Assembly: GCA_963847625.1 (NCBI GenBank)
Contig: CAWKAR010000003.1
Location: forward strand, 1-64,000
Source: a candidate division FCPU426 bacterium
GTDB lineage: Bacteria > Oederibacteriota > Muellerivitia > Muellerivitales > Muellerivitaceae
Length of the DNA: 64,000 nt
Direction of reading: 5' to 3'
Part shown: positions 60,286-64,000 of the stretch, piece after piece
Position numbering within the stretch: position 1 is the stretch's first letter
Layout: the number at the start of each line of letters is the position of its first letter
Made by a program: the position numbers and the translations under genes
The notes under the pieces: generated by a model
Seen by the model: the letters and a program-made list of their open reading frames with translations, nothing else
What the model was told of the DNA's origin: nothing
The model's database searches: none

Positions 60286-61869
60286 ATGGCTGAACACAAA
60301 GGCATTTCCAAAGAAACCTGGTTGATCGTCATCACGGCGGGCCTGGCGTCCCTGATCCAGATCGTGGACACCTCCATCGTGAACGTGGCCATCCCCACCA
60401 TGATGGGCAACCTGGGGGCCACGCTGGACGAAATCGGCTGGGTCGTGACGGGATACATCATCTCCAACGCCATCATCCTTCCCATCTCCGGGTGGCTGAG
60501 CGCGCGCATCGGCCGCCGCCGCTACTTCATCAGCAACATCCTACTGTTCACGGCCGCCTCGGTGGCCTGCGGGTTGGCGCCGGGCCTGGGAACCCTCATT
60601 TTTTTCCGCGTGATCCAGGGCATGGCAGGCGGGGCCCTGCTCCCCACCGCCCAGGCCCTGATCCAGGAGGCCTTCCCGGGCCGCATCGGGCTGGGAAGCG
60701 CGCTTTTTGGCATGGTGACCATCATCGGGCCCACCATCGGCCCCCCGCTGGGGGGCTACCTCACGGACCATTTCGGCTGGCGGTCCATCTTCAACATCAA
60801 CCTGCCCATCGGGCTCCTGGCGGCTTTCATGGCGGCCCTCTGTGTGAAGGACCACGAGATAGCGGAGGAGCACGCCGACGCCCATGATCGCCTGAAGAGC
60901 GCCCCGGTGGACACGGTCGGCCTGACGCTCCTGGTGGTGGGCATGAGCTGCCTGCAGTACGTGCTGGAAAGGGGCCAGCACGACGACTGGTTTGCCTCCC
61001 ACCTCATCCTCGCCATGGCCGTGACGGCCGCCATCACCCTGCCCGCCTTCCTCTGGTGGGAGCTCACCCACGAGAACCCCATCGTGAACCTGAGGCTGTT
61101 CAGCACCCCGAGCCTCATCAACGGCACTCTGATGCTCGCGGCGGTGGGGGGCATCCTGTACGTGCTGATCTTCCTCCTCCCCATTTTCGCCTCCGCCATC
61201 CTGAACATGGACGCCACCAGCACGGGCAACCTCTTCATGCCGGCCGCCCTGGCCTCGGGCCTTATGATGCCCTTCATCGGAATCCAGATCCACAAGCGGG
61301 ACCCCCGGTGGTTCATGTTCTGGGGCATCCTGAGCACCGAAATCGCACTCGTCATGATGACCCGCTTCACGCCGCAAACCGGCTATTGGGGGATCTTTTG
61401 GCCCCTCATGATCCGGGGCTTCGGCATGTCCTCCATGTTCATCCCCATCAACGCGGTGGTGCTGGGGGCCTTCAAGGGGCCGGACCTGGACCAGGCGGCG
61501 GGCATCCTGAACCTTTCCCGGCAGTTGGGCGGAAGTTTCAGCATCGCGATCTTTTCCACGCTCTTCAGCCGCTCCCAGGACGTGGCCTATGAGAACCTTC
61601 GCAAATACATCTCCCCCCTGAACATGAACTTCGTGCAGTGGGCCCGAAGCGCCCGGGGCCTGGGCTACCGCTTCGCCAGCGAGATCGGCCTGGGCAACCC
61701 CCAGACCCTCCTGGCCAAGGAGGCCTTCTTCCGGCTGAAGAAACAGGCCTTCGTCATTTCCTTCGACAACATGTGCTGGGTTCTGCTAATCGTCTTCGCC
61801 TTTACCCTCATCCCCATTTACTTCCTGAAGAGACCCCCCCACCTTTCGGACCAGCCCGAAGCGCTATAA
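60286..61869 (+). CDS. DHA2 (EmrB/QacA) MFS efflux transporter
   Basis: DTSIVNVAIP, WVVTGY, GRRR, RVIQG..GG, GPTIGPPLGGYL..WRSIFNINLPIG. Confidence 0.93.
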   Translation: MAEHKGISKETWLIVITAGLASLIQIVDTSIVNVAIPTMMGNLGATLDEIGWVVTGYIISNAIILPISGWLSARIGRRRYFISNILLFTAASVACGLAPGLGTLIFFRVIQGMAGGALLPTAQALIQEAFPGRIGLGSALFGMVTIIGPTIGPPLGGYLTDHFGWRSIFNINLPIGLLAAFMAALCVKDHEIAEEHADAHDRLKSAPVDTVGLTLLVVGMSCLQYVLERGQHDDWFASHLILAMAVTAAITLPAFLWWELTHENPIVNLRLFSTPSLINGTLMLAAVGGILYVLIFLLPIFASAILNMDATSTGNLFMPAALASGLMMPFIGIQIHKRDPRWFMFWGILSTEIALVMMTRFTPQTGYWGIFWPLMIRGFGMSSMFIPINAVVLGAFKGPDLDQAAGILNLSRQLGGSFSIAIFSTLFSRSQDVAYENLRKYISPLNMNFVQWARSARGLGYRFASEIGLGNPQTLLAKEAFFRLKKQAFVISFDNMCWVLLIVFAFTLIPIYFLKRPPHLSDQPEAL

Positions 61870-61960
61870 GGGGTTTCGGAAAACCGCTGGATTTATGGGT
61901 TTTCCCGGCTTCAGAAAATCCAAAAACAGCCGTTAGGTAGAGTGAGAAGGAGGAACCCCA

Positions 61961-62401
61961 ATGTTTAACGGTTTGAATTCCCTCACCCCCACCGCCCTCA
62001 GCGCCCTTTTAACGTCCGGTTCCAGCGCCCTTGGCGGGTCTTTCGACTCCCTGTTCTCCCAGGCCATGAACCAGGCCTCGACCCCCGCCCAGAAGTTCGA
62101 GGACGCTTGGCTGTCGGTCGAATACAGCAACCTCAACACGCTTTACGCCGCCGTCTCGGGGACCGACAACACGGATTCGCTCCTGAGCTCCACCAACTCG
62201 CTGGCCATGGACTTCGGCTCGGTTTCGGCCCAGGTGAGCCAGTTGGAACAGCAATTGGGGATGATTTCCACCCCGGCGGTCAACACCCAACCGGCCACCA
62301 ACATGAATGCCGCCCTGGCTTTGGAAGCCCAGATGCTCTTCAACAACAACCTGGTCAACTTCGGGTCGGATTCGGGGACGAACGTAAACGCTTTGGTTTA
62401 A
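61961..62401 (+). CDS. Hypothetical Ser/Asn-rich protein
   Basis: RBS AGGAGG; C-terminus GTNVNALV; GC hairpin plus T-run downstream. Confidence 0.65.
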   Translation: MFNGLNSLTPTALSALLTSGSSALGGSFDSLFSQAMNQASTPAQKFEDAWLSVEYSNLNTLYAAVSGTDNTDSLLSSTNSLAMDFGSVSAQVSQLEQQLGMISTPAVNTQPATNMNAALALEAQMLFNNNLVNFGSDSGTNVNALV

Positions 62402-62639
62402 ACCCTCCGAATGGCCTTTAAAGGCGCGATACCCGGCGGCGGCACCCCCGGGTTCCGCGCCTTTCTTTTTTCCGGCCCGTTCCACTTGATTGACGGCCGA
62501 TGACACGTTTATAAAGTCATCATCCATCCTTCCGTTTTATCAAATTGCGCAAGAAAAGATACGGTGGGCGGCCATTTTTCCGTGGTTTTGGCCGGGAAAT
62601 TTAGGTACCTTTGTTGGCATTCCGAACAAGGGGGTTTTT

Positions 62640-63278
62640 ATGGGCATGATCGTGGACCTTCACGACCAAGGGGACTCCGGGGTTTTCGACGACATCAAGG
62701 ATAAAAACGAGAACCTCCTTTGGATCGGAAAACCCAACGCCACCTGCTTCGTCATGAGCGGGATCCCTTTTTTAATCTTCGGGATCTTTTGGGGATGTTT
62801 CGACCTTTTCGCCCTCTTAAAAATGCTAGATAGCGGCAAGTCGATGGGGTTTGGCATCCCGTTCCTCATGCTCCATTCCTTCCCCTTTTGGGGCAGTATC
62901 CTTTACATAGTTTGGCTTTACATGGCCCACGGAAAGACCTTCTACGGCTATTCCAACCGCCGTTTAATGATCCGGACGGGGGCCATCGGGGTGGACATCA
63001 AGACCTACGAATACGACCAGATTTCCAATATGGAGGTGCGGCAGGGCCCCATCCAAAAAATGTTCGGCGTGGGTACGATCACCTTCAACACCGGCCAAAC
63101 CAACTCCAACGGGAGGATGATCAACAACTCCTTCAAGGCCATCCCCGACGCGTTCGAGGTTTTCAAGAAGATCAAGGAAGTCTCCACGGACATCAAAACG
63201 GACGAATATTACCCCAACGCCATGCGCCCGCCGGAGAACCCGGGTTACGAGACCCGTTACACCCCGCCCAAGGAATAA
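62640..63278 (+). CDS. Membrane protein with a bacterial PH domain
   Basis: ENLLWIGKP, two TMs, YGYSNRRLMIRTG..QGPIQKMFGVGTITF. Confidence 0.8.
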   Translation: MGMIVDLHDQGDSGVFDDIKDKNENLLWIGKPNATCFVMSGIPFLIFGIFWGCFDLFALLKMLDSGKSMGFGIPFLMLHSFPFWGSILYIVWLYMAHGKTFYGYSNRRLMIRTGAIGVDIKTYEYDQISNMEVRQGPIQKMFGVGTITFNTGQTNSNGRMINNSFKAIPDAFEVFKKIKEVSTDIKTDEYYPNAMRPPENPGYETRYTPPKE

Positions 63279-63514
63279 GGAAACCTTTCGGCCCGGGATT
63301 TAAAGGCATGGCTATCAACAGCCCCGTTGTTTTCTGTTGCGTTCCCGGTCGCGTGAGTCGGTAGTTACTATTGGTAGTAATAACAGTCTTAAAATAGCGC
63401 TTTTATCCGGTTTAAATCCCAATTCTTAATATTTCAATAACCAAATACCCGTATGGTCATATAATAGGCATCCTCGTTTGAAAAGCTGTTTTGGGTATTG
63501 AAGGAGCCGATGGA

Positions 63515-64000
63515 ATGGGAATCTTTTCTCCGATCCTCAACGTATTGAAAAAAGACCCTTATTCCACAGAAGACAGGCAATATCAGGAATCCCTCAAAAA
63601 AAATCCGGATGACATAAAACTCCGGGCCCAATACGCCAAGTTTTGTTTGAGACGCCACTTCACCCGGGAAAACGCATCCCAACGCCTCGAGTCTGTCGAG
63701 TGGTTCGAGAATAATGATTTTTCAGATCTTTTTGATCCGGAGTTTTACTACCTGATGGGGCGGTATTACCACCGAAACAATGACGAGAAAGCCAAGGTGT
63801 TGTACCTTCGGGACATCAGGGAATTCAACCGCTATATTGAGATGAATCCCTACCTCAAGAAGGATTTCATGGAACTCGCCTTGGCGACCGTCCTGCACCT
63901 CATGACCCTGCAGCCCGACCACTGTGATCCGGAAATCGTGAAGTTCTTTGACTCCGTTCACAAGTGCTACCCCCTTCATGTGAAGAGAGTCAAACTCGAG
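63515..64000 (+). CDS. Hypothetical helical (TPR-like) protein, 3'-partial; not in the ORF track
   Basis: AAGGAG RBS; open frame MGIFSPILNVLKKDPY..FYYLMGRYY.. to the window end. Confidence 0.65.
   Translation, partial: MGIFSPILNVLKKDPYSTEDRQYQESLKKNPDDIKLRAQYAKFCLRRHFTRENASQRLESVEWFENNDFSDLFDPEFYYLMGRYYHRNNDEKAKVLYLRDIREFNRYIEMNPYLKKDFMELALATVLHLMTLQPDHCDPEIVKFFDSVHKCYPLHVKRVKLE

Overview
Bacterial accessory region built on a decaying exopolysaccharide/capsule locus. Polysaccharide genes include wza-like, truncated wzc-like, an SGNH remnant, YdcF/DUF218-like x3, GT4 x2, rmlC, gmd, fcl and heparinase II/III-like. Interleaved with them are about 15 toxin-antitoxin modules or remnants (HicAB, PIN/VapC, HEPN-MNT, RelE/ParE, YafQ), four AAA_14/DUF4143 ATPases and three IS elements (IS481-like, IS3-like, IS110/IS1111-like). 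The window opens inside a giant surface-protein gene with 1035-bp tandem repeats and ends in ordinary genes (DHA2 MFS, PH-domain protein). A minus-strand block carries lnt, three exported proteins and a radical SAM/SPASM enzyme. The most striking signals are non-coding: (1) at least 17 copies of a ~75-bp double-hairpin element with TGCC..GGCA ends and 2-bp YR target duplications, with empty/filled site pairs, covarying stems and toxin-gene disruptions; (2) a second ~65-bp palindromic family inserted in-frame in glycosyltransferases; (3) a phased 14-copy GTTTACCAGAAA array abutting the RBS of a ParB-like HTH-TM-PDZ gene; (4) a repeat/cargo architecture in which different cargo genes alternate with identical-junction 3' stubs of a YdcF-like gene; (5) an IS1111-type element whose non-coding end shows target- and donor-matching loops as expected for a bridge/seek RNA. 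No rRNA, tRNA or CRISPR was seen. All family assignments are by eye from motifs; no database searches were run.
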